Positions 1-8,882 are shown, numbered from the stretch's first letter. The stretch is 13,714 nt of DNA from Anaerolineae bacterium (GCA_034409055.1 DAOUMU010000016.1:1-13714), one strand, 5' to 3'. Notes: generated by a model from the letters alone, not told the origin. A program made the numbers and translations.

Positions 1-476
1 GGGTCGGTTGCCGGTGGGGGCTGCACGGTTGGCACCTCGGTCGGCGGAGGCACGTCCGCAATCGGCGTAGAAGGGGCAGGTGTAGGTACCGGTGTTGATG
101 GTACAGGTGTAGGTGATGGTGTTGGAGTAGGTACAGGATTAGGCAAGATGGCTATAGGAATCCCTTGAGCTATTGGAGTCTGTCTCAATGATAAAAGTTC
201 CTCATCGCGGACCGCTTCAGCCCCAATTTCATCACTGAGGGGAGCCAGGGCTATCGCTGGATCGGGACCATAATCGGCCCTCATCTCGGAAAGCATGCTG
301 GCCTCAATACGGTCTCGATTAATAAACCACAGGGCACTTTGAGAAGAGAAAAAGACGCAACCAAAGCTCAATAACAAGAAAAGAAGGGCAATCAGAAGTT
401 TATGCCATTCGTCATTTTCATTTTTGTCATTTTTTCGCTTAAATTCGGTTGCTGAGGGGCGTGTTTCTTGTGGCAT
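1..476 (-). CDS. Partial CDS whose 3' end lies beyond the window start. Single-pass membrane protein with a Pro/Thr-rich (PTPTPSPTPVPSTPVPTPAPSTP) extracytoplasmic linker.
   Basis: I translated the minus strand by hand from the ATG at 474-476: MPQETRPSATEFKRKNDKNENDEWHKLLIALLFLLLSFGCVFFSSQSALWF...PNPVPTPTPSPTPVPSTPVPTPAPSTP... There is no stop before position 1. One hydrophobic helix sits after a short charged N-terminus. A possible SD (AAGGA) lies about 10 nt upstream. It is absent from the ORF track because it is truncated. Confidence 0.5.
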   Translation of the reverse strand, partial: MPQETRPSATEFKRKNDKNENDEWHKLLIALLFLLLSFGCVFFSSQSALWFINRDRIEASMLSEMRADYGPDPAIALAPLSDEIGAEAVRDEELLSLRQTPIAQGIPIAILPNPVPTPTPSPTPVPSTPVPTPAPSTPIADVPPPTEVPTVQPPPATD

Positions 477-673
477 AATATTTTTATCCTTAAGGGGCCC
501 TGTCAACATACGACAACCGATATCTGACAACAGTACTTCTTTCCCATAGATAGAGTCCCATATTAGCGACAAAGGATTCGGGCTAAAGTAAGCAAAATAA
601 TAATTTTAAGGTTTTGACTTGTTTGAGCCAGACTTGACATGCGGCCAGACCCGCTGCTATTTATCGCTGCCCA

Positions 674-2920
674 TCAGCCGGTCGATTCTGGATTTATCAC
701 CGGCAAGGCAAAACTGAAAGTACTGCCGTGATCGGGCTCACTTTCAAACCACATTTCACCACGATGAGCTTCCACAATGGCCTTGCTAATATATAAGGCC
801 AGGCCAGCCCCACTGACATCAAAGGTGCTTTCGTTATGAATGGCCCGGAAAAAGCGGGTGAAGATAAAGGGTTGATCCTCCTCAGGGATACCTACTCCCG
901 TATCTTTGATATCGATCTGGCTCCGGCCGTTTTCCTGTTTGAGTAAAATTTCGACTCTTCCACCCAGGGTATAATTGTAGGAATTGTCGAGTAGATTATC
1001 AACAACTTGGACGAGCCTGTTCCAATCACCTTCAATCCAAACCGGACCATCCGGCAAATGAACCTTAAACGATAGCTCTTTTTCCTCCATTTTCTCGGCC
1101 CATTTTTGGGCCTCTGCTTCAATCAATTCGGACAGATTAACCGGTTCCTGATCAATTCCCAACTCACCCGCGTCAATCTGAGATAGGTCCAACACCTGCT
1201 GAATGATACTCAATAAATCGCGGACATTCTCATCAATCGTCTCAATAAACCCTAATTCGCGCTCACTCAGCTTGGTGGCAGCCATCATCTTTAACAAATC
1301 GTTGTATCCCTTAATCGCTGTTAGCGGTGTTCTAAGTTCGTGCGAAACACTGGTAATAAAATCATCTTTCAGTTTTTCCGCCTCAACTTCACGGGTAATG
1401 TCGCGCAACACCACCACCGAGCCAAGTTGTCCCCCATCCGGAGTCACCACCGGGGCCGATAGCGCGCTCAAAACCTGCCGCCCCATCTCAAAGCGGCGTG
1501 TTTCATGAAACTCAAGCCCGGTCAGAGAACTCAACAAAGATAATTGAGTTCCATCCTGCTCCTGCTCAATCGCAGGGTTAACTTCTTTGAGTTGGGCGTA
1601 AGTGAAGCCATCCCCCATCGCTTCCAGAATATTTTCGGCAGCCGGATTCATCAGGAGCGTATCGCCGGCTGAATCGAGCACAATCACCCCATCGGCAATA
1701 CTTCTTAAAATCGCGTTTAGTTTACTGGCTTCTTCCTCTTGTATCTTGAGCAGGCGTTGCAACTCACCGGTCATCTGATCGAAGGTTCTGGCCAAGACGC
1801 CTATCTCGTCGTCCAAATGAAGGCCGGTCCTTCGGCTCAGGTCACCTTTGGCAATGGCTCGCGAGGTCTGCACCAGGTGCACAATCGGTTGAATGATACG
1901 CCGTGAAACCAGATAACCAATGGCAAATACGGCCACAACGCCCAAGGAAAAAGTCAGGGTCAGGCGATTACGGCTCGCGTCATTGGTTTGAGTGACAAAA
2001 TTCGTCGGCAAAGCGACTGCGTAAACGCCATATATGCGCCCACGCAGCAAAAAAGGGGCGTAAGCCAGCCGGTAGGTTTGACCTCGTGTCTCTATATCCT
2101 GTGGGCCCTCTATTTCATCCAACAAGGTAACATCATTTTCGGCCACAACTTGCTGGTAGCGTTCCGGGGTGAAAATCTTAAACACCTCTGCCGCTTCGGT
2201 TTGATCCAACGGCAGGGTAGTGACCATCACAACGGCTGTTTCATCAAACAGGGTGAGGTCAGCCAGGGCCAGATCGTGAAGCATATCGATTTCTTTTTGC
2301 AGGTAAGTACCAACCAGGACCGCCCCCACCGTGCCTGTTGGCGTTCGTATCGGGCCAACCGTATAAACAATCAACTCATTTGAGTTTGGATCTCGGGCCA
2401 ACTGAGCTTCCTTGAGTTCACCCTGGAGATCGGTTAAAACCCGTGAGACCGCCGGCCAGCCGGAAAAATCTGCACCACTATTTTGGTAGGTTTGAACTGC
2501 CGCCTGGGTGCCAACCGCTTCCCGCTGAAGACGCAGCACTTCCTTACTTTGCGTATCGACAATAACAATACTGTCAATACCTTTGGAATTAGCAATAATG
2601 GGGGACACCAAGTCGTCAAGTGTTTGAATTTCGCGGTTGATCAGGGCTTCTGCCACACCCGTCGTATTGGCCACAGCGCGCTCTGTTTCCAGACGGAAGC
2701 GTTCGCGATTAACGACCTCATTGCCAACAACACGACCAGCCTCTAGTAACTGATTCTTGAGTCGATCTTCCAAAGACCCAGCCACAAGCCGGGTGACAAC
2801 AAATGCCCCAAAGACCGCCAAGATCACCGTGAGCAAAGCATACGGGATGACGATTTTGTTGCTGATACTGGATGAAAAATATTTTGATACTGAACGCAAC
2901 CACCCTGCCGGCGTCTTCAT
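674..2920 (-). CDS. Sensor histidine kinase. Predicted layout: TM1 (aa ~23-45), a large periplasmic sensor domain (~aa 46-320), TM2 (~321-340), HAMP, PAS, HisKA, HATPase_c.
   Basis: 748 aa ORF. The H-box 'SHELRTPLTAIKGYNDLL' has the conserved His near aa 527 (codon about 1340-1342). The C-terminal region carries N/G1/G2-like ATP-lid motifs (DNLLDNSYNYT, DTGVGIP, GAGLALYISK). Two hydrophobic segments flank an extracytoplasmic domain of about 275 aa. A HAMP-like amphipathic linker follows TM2. Confidence 0.9.
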   Translation of the reverse strand: MKTPAGWLRSVSKYFSSSISNKIVIPYALLTVILAVFGAFVVTRLVAGSLEDRLKNQLLEAGRVVGNEVVNRERFRLETERAVANTTGVAEALINREIQTLDDLVSPIIANSKGIDSIVIVDTQSKEVLRLQREAVGTQAAVQTYQNSGADFSGWPAVSRVLTDLQGELKEAQLARDPNSNELIVYTVGPIRTPTGTVGAVLVGTYLQKEIDMLHDLALADLTLFDETAVVMVTTLPLDQTEAAEVFKIFTPERYQQVVAENDVTLLDEIEGPQDIETRGQTYRLAYAPFLLRGRIYGVYAVALPTNFVTQTNDASRNRLTLTFSLGVVAVFAIGYLVSRRIIQPIVHLVQTSRAIAKGDLSRRTGLHLDDEIGVLARTFDQMTGELQRLLKIQEEEASKLNAILRSIADGVIVLDSAGDTLLMNPAAENILEAMGDGFTYAQLKEVNPAIEQEQDGTQLSLLSSLTGLEFHETRRFEMGRQVLSALSAPVVTPDGGQLGSVVVLRDITREVEAEKLKDDFITSVSHELRTPLTAIKGYNDLLKMMAATKLSERELGFIETIDENVRDLLSIIQQVLDLSQIDAGELGIDQEPVNLSELIEAEAQKWAEKMEEKELSFKVHLPDGPVWIEGDWNRLVQVVDNLLDNSYNYTLGGRVEILLKQENGRSQIDIKDTGVGIPEEDQPFIFTRFFRAIHNESTFDVSGAGLALYISKAIVEAHRGEMWFESEPDHGSTFSFALPVINPESTG

Positions 2921-3011
2921 CGATCCAGATAACCCACTACCCGGCTACTATTTGACTGATAGGTTAACAACACCTCGCCTTCAAAATGAGATAGGATATC
3001 CATTTGATCTA

Positions 3012-3045
3012 TGCTATAATATAGCTTTCAGGGGAAAAGTCAGTT
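3012..3045 (+). promoter_or_regulatory. Candidate mnmE promoter (extended -10 TGcTATAAT at 3012-3020) with an SD (GGGGAAAAG, 3031-3039), inside the 125 bp divergent intergenic region between the histidine kinase and mnmE.
   Basis: Sequence 'atgctataatatagctttcaggggaaaagtcagttATG'. The TGn motif lies directly 5' of TATAAT. There is no good -35, which an extended -10 can tolerate. The near-palindromic 'ctataatatag' could also provide a -10 on the opposite strand for the histidine kinase. Confidence 0.4.
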
Positions 3046-4422
3046 ATGTACACTTTAGATGATACCATAGCTGCTATTGCTACGTCAATAGGCCAAAGTG
3101 GTATAGGTATTGTAAAACTCAGTGGTCCCGAAGCTCCGACCATTGCTCACCAACTTTTCCGCTCAGTCAAAGGTATCACCAGGCTTCAACCCCGTCGCCT
3201 CCATTATGGACAAATTATCGATCCGGCTACGAATATTCCCGTCGACGAGGCCCTGGTCGTTTGGATGCCCAAACCCTTTACCTACACCCGCCAAGATGTT
3301 GTTGAAATCCAAGCTCACGGCGGCATTGTTCCCCTACGGCGTATCCTCCAACTCACCTTCAGCCTGGGTGCCCGTCCGGCCGAGCCTGGCGAGATGACCT
3401 TACGGGCTTTTCTCAATGGACGCCTGGACCTGGCTCAGGCTGAAGCCGTATTGGACGTTATAGAAGCCAAAACCAATGCCGCGCTGCGCGTGGCCACCGA
3501 GCAGTTAAGCGGTTCGCTCTCGGCCCAAGTTTCTGAGGTCCGGACGGCCTTGCTAGATACCCTGGCTTTTCTGGAAGCCAGCATCGATTTTGTAGAGGAT
3601 GAGATACCTGCCCAGGATGTGGAGGGACCATTAATCGAAGTACTGACTCAACTGGAGAAACTGCTGGCAAGCGCCGATTATGGCATGATTTACCGCCAGG
3701 GCGTACGAGCCGCTATTGTGGGCCGGCCCAACGTGGGCAAAAGCAGCCTGCTCAATGCCTTGTTACGCGGTAATCGGGCTATTGTCACCGACATCCCCGG
3801 CACCACCCGTGATACCCTGGAAGAAACAGCCAATGTGGGCGGTATCCCCGTGGTGTTGGTCGATACAGCCGGGATTCGGGCCGAGCCAACGAATGTAGTT
3901 GAACGCATCGGCGTAGACCGTAGCCGGGCCGCCTTGGAGCGAGCCGATGTAGCGCTCATGGTTATTGACGGCAGTTCTGATTTGGAAAGTGGCGACTGGG
4001 AAATTGAAAAGTTGGTGGGCAATAAACCAGCGTTATTGGTGATTAACAAAAATGATTTGCTGCCCAAGCTAAATCCAGACACACTGACCGACTTTTTGCC
4101 AACTGCGAAACGCGTTTACATTTCAGCCCTGACTAATCAAGGCGTTGGCACTATGGAAGAGGTTCTTGTCGATTTGATTCTGGGAGGCAGCGTCACCACA
4201 GCCGACACGCCACTGGTGAGCAACCCACGCCACAAAGCTCTACTCCAACGAGCCCTGGAGCACACACAGGCAGCCATCTCTGCCCAACAAGCTACTTTAT
4301 CCCCAGATTTAGTTTCCATTGACGTTCGCGAAGCCGTGGAAGCCCTGGGTGAAATTACAGGGGAAACGGTCACCGAGGATCTGTTGGACACAATTTTTAG
4401 TAAGTTTTGTATTGGAAAATAA
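3046..4422 (+). CDS. mnmE: tRNA modification GTPase MnmE (TrmE).
   Basis: 458 aa. It has the typical N-terminus MYTLDDTIAAIATS, the G1/P-loop GRPNVGKSSLLNALL, G3 DTAG, G4 NKND, and the diagnostic C-terminal C(I)GK motif (…FCIGK*). Confidence 0.95.
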   Translation: MYTLDDTIAAIATSIGQSGIGIVKLSGPEAPTIAHQLFRSVKGITRLQPRRLHYGQIIDPATNIPVDEALVVWMPKPFTYTRQDVVEIQAHGGIVPLRRILQLTFSLGARPAEPGEMTLRAFLNGRLDLAQAEAVLDVIEAKTNAALRVATEQLSGSLSAQVSEVRTALLDTLAFLEASIDFVEDEIPAQDVEGPLIEVLTQLEKLLASADYGMIYRQGVRAAIVGRPNVGKSSLLNALLRGNRAIVTDIPGTTRDTLEETANVGGIPVVLVDTAGIRAEPTNVVERIGVDRSRAALERADVALMVIDGSSDLESGDWEIEKLVGNKPALLVINKNDLLPKLNPDTLTDFLPTAKRVYISALTNQGVGTMEEVLVDLILGGSVTTADTPLVSNPRHKALLQRALEHTQAAISAQQATLSPDLVSIDVREAVEALGEITGETVTEDLLDTIFSKFCIGK

Positions 4423-4432
4423 AATTTTAACG

Positions 4433-5017
4433 TTAAAACTTGGCCAGACTACTCAAGGCAATGCGCACCTTTTCTTCGACACTCTCTCCTCGAGCTTCTT
4501 TAGGTAGTTGCTGCAAAGCCGCCTGGGCTTCTACGACGCTGTAGCCCAAAGTAGTCAGAGCCGCAATTACCTCACCGTCCGTATCGCTGATGGGGGTGGG
4601 AGACACAAAGATGTCCGCCAGGCCAACTTTATCTTTCAACTGAAATACAATCTGTTTAGCTTTTTTAGGGCCGATACCCGGCACGCGAGCCAGCAACGCG
4701 GCTTCTTCACGAGCGACTGCCTGCCGAAGCGTCTCAGGGGGAATATGAGATAAAATGGCCAAGGCCACCTTGGGGCCAATTCCCTGCACCTTCAGCAATG
4801 TGCGGAATAATTCTAATTCGTCTTTATCAGGAAACCCAAACAGGGTTAGCTCTTGCTCCCGCACGTGCAAGTGGGTAAAAAGGTGCGCTTGCACGCCAAT
4901 ATCCAGTATGTCCAGCAACGTTGTCGGGACCAGGACGTAATATCCTACACCGCCGACCTCAATTAAAAGCCCTCCTTCTTCTTTATCGATAACTTCGCCC
5001 CGCAAAGAACCTATCAT
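4433..5017 (-). CDS. ruvA: Holliday junction branch-migration complex subunit RuvA.
   Basis: 194 aa. It has the characteristic N-terminus MIGSLRGEV…GGVGY and a helix-hairpin-helix region (LLKVQGIGPKVALAILS). Its start overlaps the ruvC stop by 4 nt (ATGA), which suggests translational coupling. Confidence 0.95.
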   Translation of the reverse strand: MIGSLRGEVIDKEEGGLLIEVGGVGYYVLVPTTLLDILDIGVQAHLFTHLHVREQELTLFGFPDKDELELFRTLLKVQGIGPKVALAILSHIPPETLRQAVAREEAALLARVPGIGPKKAKQIVFQLKDKVGLADIFVSPTPISDTDGEVIAALTTLGYSVVEAQAALQQLPKEARGESVEEKVRIALSSLAKF

Positions 5018-5505
5018 CCCTCCTCCAACATCCGTAGCCGGGCCGAGTGGAGATGGCAGATGGCAACGGCCAGCGCGTCAGCCGCATCATCCGGTCGGGG
5101 GATGTCGTCAAGCCCTAGCAGTAGTTTGACCATCTGCTGCATTTGCCGTTTGTCGGCCCCCCCATAACCGACGATGGCTTGCTTAACCTCCAACGGCTTG
5201 TATTCTGTAATGGACAGGTTGGCATTGGCTAAGGCCAGCATCGCCGCGCCGCGCCCGTGCCCCACTGCCAGGGCGGTTTTGGCGTTTTTACTAAAAAATA
5301 GTTCCTCGATGGCCGAGGTATCCGGTTGCCACTGCTCGATAATGTTGCTCAACTCACGGTAAATCGTTTGTAGTCGTTGGGGCAGCGGCGTGCCAGCGGC
5401 AGTGGTGATGGCCCCACAGGCAATCATTCGTAAATCGTTACCATCACCTTCCACCACTCCCCAACCGGTAATAGCTGTACCGGGGTCAACACCTAAAACG
5501 CGCAC
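5014..5505 (-). CDS. ruvC: Crossover junction endodeoxyribonuclease RuvC.
   Basis: 163 aa. N-terminus MRVLGVDPGTAITGWGVVE carries the catalytic Asp. The layout matches the RuvC fold. Confidence 0.95.
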   Translation of the reverse strand: MRVLGVDPGTAITGWGVVEGDGNDLRMIACGAITTAAGTPLPQRLQTIYRELSNIIEQWQPDTSAIEELFFSKNAKTALAVGHGRGAAMLALANANLSITEYKPLEVKQAIVGYGGADKRQMQQMVKLLLGLDDIPRPDDAADALAVAICHLHSARLRMLEEG

Positions 5506-5513
5506 GATTCAGA

Positions 5514-6263
5514 TCAGGCCGTTTCCAGTTCGGCCATTGCCTCATCACTAATGTGCAAGCCGGAGTAGACCTGCTGTACATCGTCAAGCTCTTCTAAAGC
5601 TTCAATCACCCCCATCACCTGCACGGTTTCTTTGGAGCCCACCTCTATCTCATTCTTGGGGATTGGCGCCAGTTCAGCCTCGTCAATCTTCAAGCCGTTG
5701 TCGGTTAAGGCGGCGCTGACGACGTGGAGCATATCGGGTGAGGTGTAAATTTCAAACAATTGGTCGCTAATTTCAACGTCATCCGCCCCCGCATCAACCG
5801 CAATCATAAAGACTTCGTCGGGGTCCTGGCCGGTACTATCAACCGCGATATAACCTTTAGTATCAAACATCCAACTGACTGCGCCAGCTTCAGCCAGATT
5901 ACCCCCTTTCCGGTTGAACACCTTGCGCACGTCAGCCAGGGTGCGGTTACGATTGTCAGTCAGACATTTTATCAAGATAGGGATGCCATGCGGGCCGTAA
6001 GCTTCATACACCACTTCGTCAAGATTCTCCCCGGCCAATTCGCCCGTACCTTTTTTGATGGCCCGCCCAATGTTGTCTTTGGGCATGTTGGCCACCCGCG
6101 CTTTTTCGATGGCCGTGCGTAAGGTTGGGTTGGTATTGGGATCGCCCCCGTTACGGGCAGCTATTATAATGTCGCGGGCCAACCGGGTGAAAAGCTTACC
6201 CCGTTTGGTATCTTCCGCCCCCTTCTTGCGTTTGATGGTACTCCATTTACTGTGTCCAGACAT
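5514..6263 (-). CDS. yebC: YebC/PmpR-family DNA-binding transcriptional regulator.
   Basis: 249 aa. It has the hallmark N-terminus MSGHSKWSTIKRKKGAEDTKRGKLFTRLARDI. A strong SD (AGGAGG) lies about 7 nt upstream. It is 8 bp from the ruvC start, giving the conserved yebC-ruvC-ruvA arrangement. Confidence 0.9.
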   Translation of the reverse strand: MSGHSKWSTIKRKKGAEDTKRGKLFTRLARDIIIAARNGGDPNTNPTLRTAIEKARVANMPKDNIGRAIKKGTGELAGENLDEVVYEAYGPHGIPILIKCLTDNRNRTLADVRKVFNRKGGNLAEAGAVSWMFDTKGYIAVDSTGQDPDEVFMIAVDAGADDVEISDQLFEIYTSPDMLHVVSAALTDNGLKIDEAELAPIPKNEIEVGSKETVQVMGVIEALEELDDVQQVYSGLHISDEAMAELETA

Positions 6264-6321
6264 ATTTGCCCCTCCTGCCAGAAAAGCCGTTTTCTCGTAT
6301 CCCCTTCAAATTTGTGGGTAA

Positions 6322-6397
6322 CGTAGGGGCGAGACAAGTCGGGGCATAGCTTGTTTGCTTCGACTACCACCAATCCGACTTGCCTCGTCCTTACTTT
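6322..6397. repeat. Long imperfect inverted repeat in the ftsK-yebC intergenic region. The arms of about 21 bp (core 17 bp) are 'cgtaggggcgagacaagtcgg' and 'ccgacttgcctcgtccttacttt'.
   Basis: Reverse-complement comparison shows 15 of 17 core positions match (ggggcgagacaagtcgg at 6326-6342 vs ccgacttgcctcgtcct at 6375-6391). The loop is about 32 nt. On the plus strand a U-rich stretch follows, but there is no plus-strand gene. On the minus strand it lies between the candidate promoter and yebC. Confidence 0.45.
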
Positions 6398-6444
6398 TGG
6401 AGAGGATACGTTTTCTCATCGACGAGATGATATTAGTCACTAAC

Positions 6445-6453
6445 ATTATATCA
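6445..6453 (-). promoter_or_regulatory. Candidate extended -10 promoter (TGATATAAT on the minus strand) for the yebC-ruvC-ruvA operon, about 180 nt upstream of yebC.
   Basis: The minus strand reads '…ccaccttgatgaTATAATgttag'. The hexamer is a perfect TATAAT with TGn immediately 5' of it. The -35 is weak. It is placed after the ftsK stop (6565), so the long imperfect hairpin at 6322-6397 would sit in the leader. Confidence 0.35.
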
Positions 6454-6564
6454 TCAAGGTGGGAATCTTGCCAGAGTCAGAGAAGTACAGTTCAATTTTG
6501 GGGCAAATATACTGTGGAGTCGAGGCTTCAGCCGGACATGGCCCCGTTTGAAATGGCGATCCGT

Positions 6565-8838
6565 TCAATGCCCCGACGGGGAGGCGCCTGTTACATCCTC
6601 CTCAAACTGATCATAATCGGCTTCATCTCGATCCTCATGCCACAGGACCTCACGGGGCCTGCTGCCATCCGCTGGACCGATCACTCCTTTTGCTTCAAGC
6701 TGATCCATCAAACGAGACGCACGTGGATAGCCGATACCCAACCGGCGTTGTAACAGGCTGGTGGAAACCCGGTTCGATTCGATCACCAGCTTGACGGCTT
6801 CCTCTAACAGATCATCCTTATCAGCCTCGGCCATAATGTCGGCCCAAGGTGGTTCGGTCGAAGTAGCCTCAGCCTGGCGATGACCTGACCTGCCCGGCGT
6901 ATTGCCTGCTTTTGCCGCTTGCCAGTAGTTGACGATGTTGTGAATTTCGGCCTCGGAGACGAAACAGCCCTGTAACCGGAGCAACTTGGGAGAGGTAGGG
7001 GCCATGTAAAGCATATCCCCTCGCCCCAGTAACCGCTCAGCCCCCGGTGTATCCAGAATGACCCGGGAGTCAACCTGGCTGGTCACGGCAAAGGCAATCC
7101 GGGTCGGAAAGTTGGCTTTAATCAAACCGGTGACTACATCGACCGAGGGACGCTGGGTGGCAATGACCAGGTGAATACCCGTAGCCCGAGCCATCTGGGC
7201 AATGCGGCACACAGAACGTTCGACTTCGTCGGGAGCCATCATCATCAGGTCGGCCAGTTCGTCGATCACCACGACCAGGTAGGGCAGTCGCTCTCCCCTG
7301 GCCCCAACCTTGCGGTTATAACCGCCGATACTGCGCGCCCCGGCTGCGGCAAATAATTTGTACCGGCGATCCATCTCACGTGTGACCCAGGCCAGGGCTC
7401 CCACCACCTGTTCAAAATCGGTGACCACCGGCGCAATCAGATGAGGAACGCCATTAAAGCTGGTCAATTCCACCATTTTGGGGTCAATCATTAAAAAGCG
7501 TAGTTGCTCGGGAGCGTGGGTAAAGAGCAGGGTGGAAACGAGGGCATTGATGCAGACTGATTTGCCGGAGCCGGTCGCCCCGGCAATCAACAGGTGGGGC
7601 ATCTCGGCCAGCAAAGCGGACACAGCCTGACCGGACACGCCCCGTCCCAGGGCCACCCGTAACGCGCCTTTCCCCTTTTTGAAGTTGGCTTCTTCCATCA
7701 CTCCCCGCAGAGAAACCATCGTCTTTTCACTGTTAGGCACTTCAATGCCGACCAGGGGCCGGCCCGGCACGGGTGCTTCGATACGAATAGGGGCTGCCGA
7801 CAAAGCCAGGGCCAGGTCATTGGTCAGGGCCACCACTTTATTGACCCGGACCCGCTGCTGAACGACGTTGCCATCGGGCAACTTACGCTCGATCGTACCC
7901 AGTTTCAGGCCAAACTGGGTGACTGTCGGCCCACGATTAATTTCAACCACTTCGGCCGGTACGCCAAAGCCATACAGGGTTTCTTCGATAATCTCGGCCT
8001 GATAGCGAGCATTGGCATTATGAGCCGGGTTTTTGGTCGGAGGAGCCAGTAAATCCAGAGGCGGCAGGGGATGACGGGCTTTGGGCATCGCGGCAATGGC
8101 CGCTTCGGCGGTCATCGTTGGCGCTGACAGCGGGTGTATTTTCTCCTTGGCCGCAGTAGATTTTTTCTGCCTTTTGCCAGTTTTAGACGCTGGCTTCTCG
8201 GAGACACCCTCCTCAGATTGGTGCTGAGCGGCAGGTTGCAACCCGTCTAAACGACGTTGAGCCCAGTCACTGACTCGTTCGGCCCAGTCGACCGTCTCGA
8301 CAAGATTCAGGCGGAAGGTTAACCCCAGGGCGGCCAGGCCGATGATGAGCAGCACGAGACCGGTCAGAGGCAGTCCGATGAAATCGACCAGAAAACTGCT
8401 CATACCCCAACCGAGCAAGCCCCCGCCTTCTCCGGCCCGAGCCAGACGCAAGGATTGGTCGCTATCAGTGGCCAACAGGTGCAGCACAGACAACCCCACC
8501 ACAAACAACAATTCCAGCCCAATCACCACGTCGAAGGGAATGGTGTCTGCCTCCTCCTTCAAGCGGCTAAAGATCAGCAGGCCCCCCCAAATACCGAGCA
8601 TGACCACGGCGGGAATGGCGCCCCAGCCAAAAAGCTGGCTAAAAAGATTAGCCCACCAATCGCTCAAACTCCCTTGGGTCAGGGCCAGCAGACTGAGTAG
8701 CGTGATCAGGGTGAACAGCAACAACACCCCCCCGATAATTTCTCGCCGATAGGGATGCAATTGAGCCCCAATTTGCTCGATGAAAAGCTGCCCCGGCATA
8801 ATCGGGGCTGTTTCGGCTTTTTTCTTGCCAGTAGCCAT
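6565..8838 (-). CDS. ftsK: DNA translocase FtsK: N-terminal 4-TM domain, Pro/Ala-rich linker, RecA-like motor and C-terminal gamma (KOPS-binding winged-helix) domain.
   Basis: 757 aa. Walker A is GATGSGKSVCINAL. Walker B region is LPYLVVVIDELADL. The C-terminal gamma domain reads 'LLEEAVKLVIESNRVSTSLLQRRLGIGYPRASRLMDQLEAKGVIGP'. The first about 180 aa contain four hydrophobic helices. Confidence 0.9.
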   Translation of the reverse strand: MATGKKKAETAPIMPGQLFIEQIGAQLHPYRREIIGGVLLLFTLITLLSLLALTQGSLSDWWANLFSQLFGWGAIPAVVMLGIWGGLLIFSRLKEEADTIPFDVVIGLELLFVVGLSVLHLLATDSDQSLRLARAGEGGGLLGWGMSSFLVDFIGLPLTGLVLLIIGLAALGLTFRLNLVETVDWAERVSDWAQRRLDGLQPAAQHQSEEGVSEKPASKTGKRQKKSTAAKEKIHPLSAPTMTAEAAIAAMPKARHPLPPLDLLAPPTKNPAHNANARYQAEIIEETLYGFGVPAEVVEINRGPTVTQFGLKLGTIERKLPDGNVVQQRVRVNKVVALTNDLALALSAAPIRIEAPVPGRPLVGIEVPNSEKTMVSLRGVMEEANFKKGKGALRVALGRGVSGQAVSALLAEMPHLLIAGATGSGKSVCINALVSTLLFTHAPEQLRFLMIDPKMVELTSFNGVPHLIAPVVTDFEQVVGALAWVTREMDRRYKLFAAAGARSIGGYNRKVGARGERLPYLVVVIDELADLMMMAPDEVERSVCRIAQMARATGIHLVIATQRPSVDVVTGLIKANFPTRIAFAVTSQVDSRVILDTPGAERLLGRGDMLYMAPTSPKLLRLQGCFVSEAEIHNIVNYWQAAKAGNTPGRSGHRQAEATSTEPPWADIMAEADKDDLLEEAVKLVIESNRVSTSLLQRRLGIGYPRASRLMDQLEAKGVIGPADGSRPREVLWHEDRDEADYDQFEEDVTGASPSGH

Positions 8839-8882
8839 CTAAGATTCCCGTCTCTAATCTGGACAAGTTATGTAGGGCGAGT

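Noticed and set aside
1203-2746. Several 60-130 aa ORFs on the plus strand (1203-1508, 1988-2383, 2483-2746) and the minus-strand ORFs 892-1122, 2434-2619 and 2718-2903.
   Set aside because: All lie inside the 748 aa histidine kinase gene, in other frames or antisense. They have no RBS or promoter and low-complexity translations.
3122-4391. Nested ORFs inside mnmE (3122-3397 +, 3458-3670 -, 3690-4082 -, 4137-4391 -).
   Set aside because: They are alternative frames or antisense to a highly conserved GTPase gene. None has its own translation signals.
6355-6753. 132 aa plus-strand ORF overlapping the ftsK 3' end and the ftsK-yebC spacer.
   Set aside because: It is antisense to the conserved FtsK gamma domain, with no SD and no recognisable protein features. 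The intergenic part is better explained by the hairpin.
8342-8752. 136 aa and 81 aa Pro/Gln-rich plus-strand ORFs (8342-8752 and 8455-8700).
   Set aside because: They are antisense to the ftsK N-terminal membrane domain, and their low-complexity translations are typical of GC-rich antisense frames.
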